Positions 26,208-39,502 of a DNA stretch of 64,000 bases are shown piece after piece. The stretch covers positions 5,838,698-5,902,697 of the forward strand of contig OZ037765.1 of the NCBI GenBank assembly GCA_964035545.1, in the 5' to 3' direction. The notes below the pieces were generated by a model, which did no database searches, was not told the origin of the DNA, and worked only from the letters and a program-made list of their open reading frames with translations. The position numbers and the translations under genes were made by a program. Each line of letters opens with the position of its first letter. The stretch's first letter is position 1. The stretch is from Bugula neritina. Lineage: Eukaryota; Animalia; Bryozoa.

Positions 26208-29200
26208 ATGCATTTAGAGATCAAGTTTATAATTTACTTTGGTAGGTGATAATATGCTCAGCATAGTTTATTGCTGTACCCGTACATTACAAAACTGAAA
26301 TCTTTTATGAACTCTCACTATTTCCATTTGAATGTTTTTATGTTGAAAGACTGACAAGTGCTTTAACAATGAGCGTGTTCCTACAAATGTAACCTTGTTT
26401 TTCTGAATTCTTATTGGTTCAAATCTTTCATTATTCTGCTTCATTACATTACTTGAAACATTAATAATGGGTGTTAATTTATTCTTGTTTCGTTATTTGT
26501 AGGTTTGTTGCCTTTTACCCAAGGTCAGTATTGATATACATAGTATATATGTCAACATAATGTAATATAATATAATATAATATAATAAAATATATAAACA
26601 GCATATTTCTTATTAAAGCAGACTATATTTATTTTAACTTCACTTTACTATTAATAGGAGCTGCTTTTGCTATTCAGTCAGAAAACTATTTTTCTATCCT
26701 GTCAAATTAGTCATAAAATAATTATATATACTTCTGGCTTTTAATAAGTGCACTTCATACTATTTCATAAAATTTTAGGTACATATTATGGAACAATTTC
26801 TCAAACGTCTCAAATACGCTCTTGTTACCAACAATCGCAATGTTTGAAAGTGAAAGTTGGGCAGTGTTATGGTGAGTCAAGACAAGTCTGGCTTTACTGG
26901 GAGTCTGGTAAGCCATGCCCAAAGGTTACCAAAGATCGGGTGGAATATGCCTGTGCCAACTCTTACACTGCTAGTAAGTGTATTCTCTAAATATTACTGC
27001 TTTTCTTCGGTAGGTTTCATCGTCAGCTCATCTTTATAACTCTCTTTGTATGTTGTGATATATGACAATTGTACAATATAAGATGTGCATTGGTTAAGCC
27101 TAGGGCCACACGGTGCGTATTTTCGCATGCGAAAATTGAAATCACAAGTAGCAAAGGTGTCCACTGTGCGCGTTGAGAAAACCTTCGCACTTGTCGCTCT
27201 GCATTTTCAACGCAAATGCGAATCGTCTCTGTCGTCGTCACCTAATTGGCTGGTAGCTATTCAGCGAGCCCAATTTCTTTATTTAGTGCTATATTCCAGT
27301 AAATTGCGTTTTATTGAAAGCGAGTGCGATTTAAAAATGAAAGCTTTATTTATCACGCATCACTGACGCTACAGTGGACACCTTTGCTACTCGTGATTTT
27401 AATTTTCGCATGCGAAAATACGCACAGTGTGGCCCTAGGCTAAGTGGCTAATTACTTGTAACACCAGGTACACCAGGTAAACCTGCCTGTTTCAAATGCA
27501 AAAATTCTTTGTGATTGTGTAATTGGCATTAAATTCTCAAGCCTCAAAGTCTAGGTTAAGGCTGAAATTTACATTTTATAACCTTGTCAATTGCTGACAC
27601 AGGAAAGAAATGCATGATGGCAAGTTATAAGTATCAGGAAAAAATACTAGTAAATGGCTCTAGGATTATTTGGAATAAGTTACAAAACAGCAAGCACATA
27701 CAGCAAATTATTTAAATATTTGAACATAAGAAGTCAGGTGCAGTAGTTTAGCTACTTAAAAGACTTCAGTTGTGCAACTGAAGTTTATTTGTGATTTCCA
27801 GTCGCAACTGATACTTATAACTTTAAATTTTTTGAAAATCATTCAAAAGCTACACTTTTTGGCAGCATAGTCTTTTATTAATTGTTTCAATATAATTCTC
27901 GACTGTTATTGCAAAGGTTTATTTTTAAAAATTAACCTTGTATTTTGTATCCCGCGTTTAGATGGGACCTTGCATAGAGTTAGAAAGGTGTTCAATTGGG
28001 AGTCTGGAGAAACGAATGGTATTGCTGTTCAACCACAAAATGGCTTTGCTTGTTTCTATATAAGCGAATGTAAGCAACATTTGTAATCATATATTTTACT
28101 GTAATTTTTTACCTCTACTAAGGTAATGATCATTTTTACTTTAATAAATTTAAAATTTAGTATTTTCATCTATTCGTGACAATCTTATTGTGTGTTATTG
28201 TATTTTACAAGGTTTTTAATAGCTTTTATAAAATATATTTTTGAAAACACTTGTGACTGGTTATTAGACCCTATGAGTTCAACCAAACGATCCTATAGAA
28301 GGCTTCAAGCTCGCTATAAAATCCGATCATCTTATGTCACGTCCTTCCGGATTGGTTACGTCAACTCATCTGGTAGTACCGGTCTAACCAGAGCATACTG
28401 CAGAAGTCATGGCAATTTCTGCCCCGAATCATCTTCATATCTGGAACAGAAGTGGTGTTTGCCTGTAGCGCCTTGTAAGTTCTTTGGTTAAGCATTAGAA
28501 CAAATGTTTTGTAAGCTTTCTCATCATTCTTGCAAGTATTGCCCGTAAGATTGGCATAATATGCCCGCAGCTGTTTACACGTGCATTTTACATAAAAATC
28601 TGTACTTATAAATACTGCAATTTAATTAAGTTCAATCACAGCAGTCCAATAATACATGAGCCAATAATTTCAGAAATAGTTTGTTAGTGGAAGAAAACAT
28701 TTATATTGAAGCATGCAACAGCTATATATAAGCTATAGATGAGCATATAGATAAAAGACTAGCAATATGATAGTTTATAACTTCTTTTCTTACGTAGGTG
28801 TTGGAGTTTGTTCAATGGATTCAACTCCCATTAGTGAATGCAAATGTACCGGTGACTCAAATTGTCCTTATCCGAATACCCTGTGTAAAGATGGCTCTTG
28901 TCAATGTAAACCTGGATACCTTCTACAAAGCAATGGCCTGAGTTGTGAAAAAGGTTTGTACTTCGTTTACTAAATTATGTGACTTTTCTTCTGTTGGAAT
29001 TCTGTAATAATTCTATTGGAAAAAGTAAAAGTTATTAATTATATTTTAGGATAAGTAATTATACATATGGCATTAGAAATCAGCTTTACTATAGTGACAG
29101 ATGTAGCTGAGTTTTTGTAAAATTGTAAAGCAGCCTGGTTTGAGTGCCGACTACCTGAAGAAGTTGTGTTTTAATGAAATTTTACTAGCATCCAGAACAA

Positions 29201-32200
29201 AACTATCACAAGAAAGTATGATACTGCAGCTCATGGACATTTTCTAAGTTTTGCATAAATGTTTTGATAAAAGAATAATTTATTTTCAACTTACAGTGGT
29301 TACATCTTCAGAATGCACAGTTGGAGCTACTAAAATCGATGAGTGCAGTTGTACCAGTAACTTTCACTGTCCATTTGATAACACAGAATGTAGAAATGGC
29401 CACTGTCAGTGTACATCTGGTTACATTGCATATAAGAGGGGATTAGTATGTAGAAGAGGTTTGTTTAATTATTATCACCTGTTTTTCACTTTTGTTTTTT
29501 TGTATCAATATTTTTTTAAAATGCTTTTTTTAAATATTTTGTAATATAAATAATAAAGATATCCTGTAGTACTTTTTTTAGAATGCAAAGTTGGAACTAT
29601 GAAAATTAATGAATGCAGCTGTACCTGTAACTCTCACTGTCCTTTTAACAACACAGAATGTAGAAATGGCCACTGTCAGTGTGCATCTGGTTACACTGAA
29701 TGTAACAGTGGGCTAGCATGTAGAGAAGGTATTTCCTTGATACTTATCATCTGCTTGTTCACTATTTCTATTTTTTATGTTTAATGTTAATGAAATAATG
29801 TTTATATAAATATTTTATATAATACTATTAGGATCAGAATGCATAGTTGGAACGACCAAAGTGAATGACTGCAGTTGTACCAGTAACTCTCACTGTCCAT
29901 TTGATAACACAGAATGTGGAAATGGCCACTGTCAGTGTACATCTGGTCACACTGCCTATGAGAATGGACTTTCATGTAGAAAAGGTTTGTTGAATTCTCA
30001 ATTGATATACAGTTGGTTTTTTCAGTTTGTGTGAACATCATGTAGCAGGTTCTGTTGGGTGGTCTACGTAGGTAGCAATGGATAGCATGTAGAAAAAATT
30101 TGCTTTACACTCATCGTATTTCTTTTATTTTTATTATGTTTTAAAATATTTTTTATTTTATAATGCTTTCAGAATGTACAGTTGGAACTACTATAGTGAA
30201 TAAGTGCAGTTGTACCAGTAACTCTCACTGTCCATTTGATAACACAGAGTGTAGAAATGGCCACTGTAGCTGTACATCTGGTTTCACTGCTTATAAGAAT
30301 GGACTGGCATGTAGAGAAGGTTTGTTCAATTTTCATCTCCTGTGTTTTAATTTTGTTTGTTCTTTTATTTTTCACTTCAATGTTTTTTTTAATATTTTTA
30401 GAGGTTTGCTAAATTTTAATCACTTGTTCTTTAATTTTTTTTGTGATTTTTATTTTTCTTTTTAATATTTTAGTTAAAAATTTTTCTACAAATGTTTTAT
30501 ATTTTCTTCAGAATGTAAAGTTGGAATTACCAAAGTGGATGAGTGCAGTTGTACTAGTAACTCTCACTGTCCATTTGATAACACAGAATGTAGATATGGC
30601 CACTGTCAGTGTACATATGGTCACACTGTCTATGAAAATGGACTGGCATGTAGAGAAGGTTTGCTTTTTATAGTCAATACTTGTTTAGTTTTTTTTTCTT
30701 TTTTTATGAAGCTGCTTTTAAGTATTTAATATAGTTTTATGATGTATAAAGTGAGCTGCTAAAGTCAATAAATGCTCTTGCTTCAGTTGTGCAATTCATT
30801 GCTAGTACAAAGTGACTTTCATAGATATGTCAGCATATCTGTATTTTGATAGGCAGGTGCTGTCACAGGTAGCATTGGTTACCTTTGACACTTACTAGAA
30901 TATGTTATTACTTTATCAATATAATATTAGGTCACTCACATGCTCTTAGCAAACATGTAAACATGAAAACAGGTAGCAAATAATAGCACATTTCCGGACC
31001 ACTTGTTTAAATAGCCTATATTTTATTTTATGTCTATTGGCTATCTCTTCTGGGTCAGTGGCCATTGGTTAGTTATAATTTATTACAAGTTTTTCACATA
31101 AAAGATGGTTATTACCTCTGATGTGTATGAAATATTGAAAACCTATGAAATTTCACTGATAAACTAAAACAAACCTTCTTTGATCAATATATAGAAACAA
31201 GGGTCCATCGCCTGTTTTTGCTTCAAAATTTCTAGCACAACATAAATAAGACTCACAATTTGGTAGTAGTTGAGACTGTTTTTATTATGACTTATCATGT
31301 TTCCGTTTCATTCATTCTGCAAGTCATATACTGTACTTGTTTCAATTAAACTACAGTATAACACCCATACTAGCAGCTGCCGATGCTCTATGACTCCTGT
31401 GCAGGTTAAAAACAAACGAGGCTGAAGACTGCAATAGTTTCGTTTTATTTTCTAAAAAAATTTCTTTATTGTTGACTCTCAGTATTATACTACCCTGCTT
31501 TAAAGTGCCTGAGCTTGTGTAAATTAGTGTACATGTTTTAGCTATCTCACTGCTTATATTGCTAAAGTAACTTACCACACCAATTGATCTCTGTGCATCT
31601 TTTTGGAAGTTGCTTTGGTGAGGTTCATGCAATCTGGTTTCAAATTTTGCTAGAAAGGAGTTTATTCTAGCATTCTTCACTAAGCGTTAAATAAATCTTA
31701 CATTTTTCCTTTAAGTTTTCATAGTGTTAGCCAGCTGTTTTACCACAAATGTTATCTATTTAGTGTTTTACCCCTTATTGTTACTTTTCACTTTTCTCAT
31801 AGTCTCTAAGGCCAAGGCTGCCAATACAATAACAAACCATTGTCCAACTACAACATCGATGTTACCAAAATCAACTGCCCTACCTAATTTCTTTACACTT
31901 AACGGATACTCTAGCTCATGTTATCTAAATTATAATTAGGCCACACTGCCGCAACTTCATGGTCTTGACATATAAACTATCATGTTCCACATAATAAGTT
32001 TTCAACAAACCTTTTTTAATCATCATTCATATTAAAACTTGACTAGAAAGAATTGGCTTTATACTCATTGTCTTTTTTACTTTTTATTCTTATATTTTGA
32101 AATAGTTTTTATTTTATAATGCTTTCAGAATGCAAAGTTGGAACTACTAAAGTCAATGAGTGCAGTTGTACCAGTAACTCTCACTGTCCATTTGATAACA

Positions 32201-35200
32201 CAGAATGTAGAAATGGCCACTGTCAGTGTACATCTGGTCACACTGTCTATGAGAATGGACTTTCATGTAGAGAAGGTTTGTTTATTTTTCATCTCTTGTG
32301 TTTTAATTTTGTTTGTTCTTTTATTTTTCACTTCAATGTTTTTTTAATATTTTTAGAAACTGACTAAATTTTAATCACTTGCTCTTTAATATTTTTTGTG
32401 TTTTTTATTTTTCATTTCAATTTTTTAGTTAAAATTTTTTCTACAAATGCTTTATATTTCCTTTAGAATGTACAGTTGGAATTACCAAAGTGGATGAGTG
32501 TAGTTGTACCAGTGACTCTCACTGTCCTTTTAACAGCACAGAATGTAGAAATGGCCACTGTCAGTGTACATCTGGTCACACTGTCTATGAGAATGAACTT
32601 TCATGTAGAGAAGGTTTGTTTATTTTTTATCTCTTGTGTTTTAATTTTGTTTGTTCTTTTATTTTTCACTTCAATGTTTTTTTAATATTTTTAGAGACTG
32701 ACTAAATTTTAATCACTTGCTCTTTAATATTTTTTGTGTTTTTTATTTTTCATTTCAATTTTTTAGTTAAAAATTTTTCTACAAATGCTTTATATTTCCT
32801 TTAGAATGTACAGTTGGAATTATCAAAGTGGATGAGTGTAGTTGTACCAGTGACTCTCACTGTCCATTTGATAGCACAGAATGTAGAAATGGCCACTGTC
32901 AGTGTACATCTGGTCACACTGTCTATGAGAATAGACTAGCTTGTAGAAAAGGTTTGTTAAATTCTCATGACTTGTTTTTTATAAGTAAGTGCGATGGTGG
33001 AGAGAAAATCCTATGTTCTAGAAAAGAAGATACGTTCTCCTACTATTGTTTCTCCACATAAATGTTTCTGCTTTTTGTTTCAATGCTTTTTTCAATTTTT
33101 AAATGCATTTTATAACATTTTCAGAATGCAAAGTTGGAACTACCAAAGTGAATGAGTGCAGTTGTACCAGTGACTTTCACTGTCCATTTGATAACACAGA
33201 ATGTAGAGGCCACTGTCAGTGTACATCTGGTTACACTGTATGTAACGGTGGGCTAGCATGTAGAGAAGGTTTGTTGAATTTTCATCACTCATTTTTGGCG
33301 TTTAGTTTTTTCCATACAAATCTTCAGTTTTTAATTTGCTTTACAAATTTTTTTAAAAAGCGAAGTGAATGTTTTATAATACTTTCAGAGTGTAAAGTTG
33401 GAACTACTAAAGTCAATGTCTGCAGTTGTACCAGTAACTCTCACTGTCCATTTGATAACACAGAGTGTAGAAATGGCCACTGTCAGTGTACATCTGGTTA
33501 CACTGCGTATAAGAATGGGCTGGCTTGTAGAAAAGGTAAGACAACTACAAGTATTTATCATAGGGTTTTGAAATGCCACTCCGTTTACATCCTTGTGTGC
33601 ATGTCTTTAGATAAACTAACTAGGTGTTCCAATGGGGTCTTGCAAAGAGTACGTGTTAGATAGAGTGTACCCCAACACATGAATGTTCCTGCCGTTTGTG
33701 CAGATAGAAACTCTTATTGCTGTGTATTTGTATACCAAAGTGTGTTGGAGATGGTGACACACTTGACTGCAGTATAGATCTTTTATCTGCAGTATGTCAT
33801 TTCATTAATTATTTGATCCAATATTTTATCGATTGATTGATTTCTTCTTTGCTCTTTATTTTTACAAATCTACACTCTTTCTTAAATTTTTTGATTCTAT
33901 TTTTAATGAGATCTATGCTGTTATATATGTGGGTTTTGAATCAAGTCTTGATTGTTAGAAATATAGACATTCACAAGAATTAAAGTGAAATGATCTACAT
34001 TGCAACTTTTATATTAGATCAATCAATAACCTATCTACAGTTCAAACAGCCTCAGAATATAATAGTATAATTTAATAAATAAGCCATTTGTTTATGTGTC
34101 TACTCTAAAGCCAAACTATAATTTTTTTTCAAATCTCTACATTACCTAAAATAACTTTTTATAATAGATTAGTCGAGCTTAGGTTGGTTGAATTGACATG
34201 CTATTACTGCATTATTAGAGTGTCAAGTTGGGAAGACACCAGTTGAGAAATGTTATTGCTCTACAAATGATGATTGTCCTTTTGAGTTTTCCCTGTGTGG
34301 AGAAGACAACTCCTGCATCTGTAAACCAGGCTATGCTTTGTATGATAGCGGTCTCACCTGTGCTCCAGGTTAGTAAGCCTATGACTCATGAGAAGGTTGT
34401 TGTTACTTTCCTTATGCTTAACTTTTAGAATTATAATAGAATTCATATTGATATTTTTTCTATCAAATAATGATTGCTGCCGTTAACAAATGTAAAATTA
34501 TTGATATAAAAAAACTCCCGCAAATTTATTTTCGCCATCACGTGCGAAAACCCCTGATAGAAAGGGGTTTTTTAAAGCAGGCTAAGGACTTATCCATCTA
34601 TGTGGCACAGAAGCAATTATGACTAGATGCTTTTCCTAACATCACCAATATCCTTTATTGGGGTTCAAATCCACGACTTCGTACGTGTTTGCTAAGCCCA
34701 ACACTCTAACCCCTAGACCAGGACTGCTTCCCCTAATTTTGATATCTTAGCTTTAATTCCTCAAGTTTATTCAATTTATCCCTTTCATATTGGCTCTTAG
34801 AACATTTAAATTCTTCTATAAACTTAATATTCACAGTTTGTGGTGATGGCAAAACAAAAGTTGGTGAATGCAGATGTTCAGATACTAGTGATTGTCTCTA
34901 CAAGCATTCCTCATGTGCTAAAAATGGTTACTGTGTGTGCAGTGCTGGTTATACAGAGAGTTACGGTGGACTAGACTGTCTCCCAGGTACAGTCCGAATA
35001 TTATTTCGTACTTGAAAGTTGAGTGAAGCTAGAATTTATATTTTTGATGCTATGGTCACTTTTCAAGCCTCGGAATAACTCTTTAGTCAACATTGAGCAA
35101 CCGTTGAGAATCACTGGTTTTCCACGGCTTGATCCCAGTTTATTTTGGAGTTATCTTTCATTATATTAATACACTGTCTCAATTTGCTGGCGGATGCAAA

Positions 35201-37527
35201 GGGTAGTTTGGGTTATTTAACACAAATATTACTTGCCCCAGCTGTATTTTAGTTCTTGCTGCTAGCATATTATTTGTTTTTACTAATTAGTATCACTGTG
35301 TCAGTTTTTGCTAGCAACTTACTCTCTGGTATAGGAACTTTTCATATTCATGTAGTAAAAGAAGTATTCTATCAGCTACAGTTGTTATCTAGTTTATCGC
35401 ATTTTAAAAATGTTTATTTACCCCATTTTATGAAATCAGCAATTATTTGCCTTTCTTTACTAAGTACGTGTCTATATATTACATACTCTAATAATGCGAC
35501 CTATATAACTTTGAGGGGTTGTAGTATAAGTATATAAGCGAGAGAGTTTCTTCTGATTACATCTTTAAAGATATATAATTATATCATGAAAAAACAACCA
35601 ACTTATTGTTGTTTATTCTTTTAGCTAGTTGCTGTGTAATGCTGATGAATGTAGCAACTATAACAAATATACGAGTATAATAAATTATAATAAATATATG
35701 TATTCTAACTTACAGCTCAGATAAGTAGTGGCTGCGGAACCCCCACCACCCACTATGCCTGTGACAGCATATCTAAATCTGTCTGTCAAGACGGTAGATG
35801 TGTGTGCACATCACCTTTAGTTCCTGCTGCTGACAAGAGCTCTTGTATATGTGCTGTCGGCTTCAGCTACAATTCCGTCACCTCCCAGTGTATACCAGGT
35901 AACTGTTTGCTAATTTCCATTTTGAGTAGTAATTTTGGTATGGAAATATAATCTGAGATTAATCAATAAAATGTATGGTAAATACTTGGCGGTTGCTAGA
36001 AAAGTTTTATGTATGTATATGTATAATGTCCCAGGTAACTGCTTGCTAATTTCCATTTGTTTTGGTATAAAGCTATAATCTGAAATTATTCAATGAAAGT
36101 TATAGTAGATATTTAGTAATTGCTAGAAAAGTTACACTGGGCTTGTGTTTAAGTTTATTTTTTGATGGTTGTTTTTTTTACGTCCTGGTTTAGGACTTTC
36201 AGAGCTTTAACTTATCAGGTCAATCATTCACTTGTAACAATTGCGTTAACAGTTATCTATTGAGGTGCTTCCTTGAAGGTCAAGTGAGACAGTTGCTATC
36301 AGATAAAATATTTTTGACATTAGTATTTGTATTTCAAATGATTAGATAAAAGTTCAAAATGAATTTGTAAGCCACAGCTACTCTGTAATTAGAAGAAGTA
36401 AAGAAAAATTTAACTCATAATTTACACTCAGTAATCTTGACCTGCAACAAGTAGATGAAGTTTGATAATCAGTAGGAATTTTTAGCATCTGCTCAAGCAG
36501 AACTTTGCAAGCTTGTATGGTTGTTGTATCAAAATATAAAATTCTGCACTTACTTTTTACACATTATGTTACATTAGCAAAAGAATTAAAGAAGTTTTTC
36601 ATCAAAAAATAGTTCTTGTTATTTAATATTTCAGATGTTCTTTTTATACATACCAGCATTAAGTATGTGCTGAAAATATACTAATATATATTATATATTA
36701 TATTATATATTATATTATATGTGATTGCCAACTTTATAAGCTGCTTCTCATCACGCAACCATCTCCATGTAATTAACAAAAATATATTTAGAACAATAAA
36801 AACTGTACATGAGCAAAATTCAATATCCTTATTTAATGGGTTAATTTTTTACCTACACATTTTGAAAAAAACTGTCTTTATTTCATAACTAGCTGTATCA
36901 TTGTAGTATTGTTGACTGCGTCAAATTTCAAGTTTAGTAAATTCAATAAATTATACTTTGTACAACATTGCAATTGTATTAAATTAGCACAGAGAACTAA
37001 ACTTTGAGATATGTTAAAGTAAAATACAGAAGTCATCAGTAATTGTGAACATGATGATGAGATGCTTAGAAAAAGTTGTAATAAAAAATTAGTAAAATGT
37101 GCTCATCAAAATTGAATTCTTCAGCTAGCTAATATCATATTAGGTTAAAACATTTATCTTGATAAAAGTCAAATTTCTGAATTTAAGTGTTTGTCATGTG
37201 GCCAGCTTGACTGTATAACAAATTTTGGTCTTTAAAATATATTTAATTAAACATGAAAAAGCTCACTTGTCAATTGTTTTTCAATAATATTTATACATTA
37301 TATGCCAATTATATTCTACAAGCTGTATAAACTCTCAGTCGTTATTTGCTTTGCGAATTGTAGCAATTCCGGGAAGCTATTGTGGCCCACTCTCACCCAA
37401 CGCTTGTGACAGAATAAAGAATGGCAGGTGCAACCGTTTTAGCAAATGTTCCTGTAGGAGCAACTATCGGCATGATGGGAAGGGTAATTGCAAAGCTGTA
37501 CCAAGCCCAAACAATTGGATTTATTAA
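26208..37527 (+). CDS. Secreted cysteine-rich protein with tandem EB/EGF-like modules, about 950 aa
   Basis: Exons 26208-26241 and 26503-26523 give the signal peptide MHLEIKFIIYFGLLPFTQG. Exons 26779-26973, 27962-28069 and 28268-28474 give an unrecognised N-terminal region. Then 28798-28953, ten near-identical module exons between 29297/29312 and 33535, then 34219-34368, 34837-34986, 35716-35898 and 37364-37527 (ends PNNWIY*). All introns are phase 1. Module: ECxVGxTKVxECSCTSNSHCPFDNTECRNGHCQCTSGxTxYxNGLACR. No TM or GPI tail. Confidence 0.85.
27098..27440. mobile_element. MITE, PIF/Harbinger-like, 343 bp
   Basis: About 70-bp near-perfect terminal inverted repeats (GCCTAGGGCCACAC.GTGCGTATTTTCGCATGCGAAAATT..AGCAAAGGTGTCCACTGT), a TAA target-site duplication (27095-97 and 27441-43), and no transposase ORF. 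Confidence 0.9.
29312..33535 (+). repeat. Array of ten near-identical 147-nt module exons; some units duplicated together with their introns (338-339 bp period)
   Basis: Exons at 29312-29458, 29582-29728, 29838-29984, 30173-30319, 30512-30658, 32129-32275, 32467-32613, 32805-32951, 33125-33268 (144 nt) and 33389-33535. Confidence 0.92.
31150..31690 (-). mobile_element. Degenerate Penelope-like (GIY-YIG) retroelement remnant
   Basis: Minus-strand peptide fragments in the expected order: VVSYFSNISSEIAK (compare xPYxxxISxxI), YMTCRMNE (compare HLxxRIxEH) and EILK..ILIKEGLF (compare LLIKEALxI), interrupted by stops and frameshifts. Recognised by eye only. Confidence 0.4.
34655..34728 (-). mobile_element. 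tRNA-like SINE head, probably a different or more decayed family
   Basis: Minus strand has an A-box-like TGGTCTAGGGG and a degenerate B box (GGATTTGAACCCC) at tRNA-like spacing. Confidence 0.45.
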
Positions 37528-39502
37528 ATTTAAGATTTACAGCAATGTTAAAATTGAGTGGATTATTATTTTATTTGTAATATATCATTTTGGTCCATTT
37601 TTTCTTTGTATGATATTATATTTATAAAGCTGGTTTCTTCAGCATGCGACACTTTTATAATTCTTTTTAGCTTTTTACTCTTGTCAATTCATACTATTTA
37701 AACCTTGAACTTCTAGCAATTATCAGCATCAGTGATTTCAAATTGCCACTTTGTTACCCTAGTAATTCCAGTCACAATCTATTTATGTCAGTTAATGAGT
37801 TCAAGGTCATTGAACAATGCACTAGCCGTAACAAATTACTTTTAAACTACATTGCTGGCAGTTTACGAATTGAAAATAAGAACTGTAGGCTCAGATAGCA
37901 ACATCAAAGTGTTATTGTAACATACCGTTTTGCTGTTAGCATAATTATGATGTTATGTCACTGGTTTTATACTAATTTGTTCAACACTGTATAGACCATA
38001 TTGTAATATTTTGAAATCAACAGTTACCTCATGCTTCTAATGCTTATAATAGTATAAATCATTTGTATTACCTGATGAAGCATTTTTTACTCACCCACAA
38101 AGTTTTGTTATTTTTGATATATTTTTGAAATGAATTATTAACTATCATCTCAAAGATAATAAAATAATAAATTAATAAACCTAATGAAGAGTTTCTTTTC
38201 TTACCTTTTTATACCTGTGCTATATTAAACTTCAGCAATACTCAGAAAGGCTATACTTATTCACTGATGTATAATTTTCTTAACTCTTCAAAAGTTATTT
38301 CAGGTTAAAAGCCTAAAACATAGGCAGCCATTTCAGCAGGTTTCTTTTTTACTGAAAAGCTCACCAACAATGTTAGCTGTGTTAGTTGCTGTATATATGT
38401 TTGTTAAATCATATTTAGTTTCCACAAAATGTTTAAAAGATATTTATTAAATTTTAACATAATGCTATCAAAAAAGTGTATTCCATGATACAAAAGGCAA
38501 ACCTACTTTGCAAAGGTATGGTATAGTGTGTGTTTTATGATAAAAAGCAATATTCTGGTTAAAATTAGTGAGATGGAGATCTTCAATTGATATATGAATA
38601 TGAAAAGTAGCAAAAGATCAATAAAATGTGTGGTTATAAAAAAAGTGCATGTCATTGTTCTTTAATGAAACTGAAAAAATACTTTTGTGGAAGTATGAAC
38701 TTTTGGTTATTAAAGCATTTATTCAAACTAATTTACTTTTTATTGTACTATTAAGAGAATTAGGTAAAGTCCTAAGCAATAGATGCAAATTTAATTTCTG
38801 AGTTCCTTCAAAATACGTTTTCACTTGTTGAATTATGGATGAATAAAATTTGAGAAAATTTTTATGGGAAAGTTGAGATTAAAACATGACACCTGATAGA
38901 GTTCAACTTGGAATCCTATTTTACTTTATGCTATACGTCAATGTAAGACATGAAGACAGCATGTAAACTAGGTAAGTTTTTTCAAAGATTTGAATTTATA
39001 TCAGAAAATTGCTCTGGCAGCCATTATTGTTCACGCATGACTATTATTTTCATGGTTTGTTCAAATGTCTCATTAAAAACATTTCAACAACAAATCAAAT
39101 CAATTAGCTTGGAGCTTGAGCAGCAAATAATTATTTACATTCATGCAAAGTTTATACTAAATATTTCTATCTGCGGTTTCTTTGACTTTTCTGTATATTT
39201 TCATGTAACTCTGTTGCTATGCTAGATTTGGTAGTATTTATATTTAGCCATCATTGAACTCGCCTAATCCTGTGGAGATACCAACCAGCCTATGGCATAG
39301 CTCTGCTGGGTATTAATAACACATGCTCGTCAACTGTGAACAGTCATGAACCGTTCAAACTGTATAATCATGCACTTGTCATTTCAGTAAAGCCAGCGAT
39401 TACTGAAGGCTTGACGTTTCCTTAGTTTCTCACTATTCATTAAACTCTCTACATCTGTTGTCGCTAATTTCGATCTAAATTGGATATAACTTATTATTTC
39501 TA

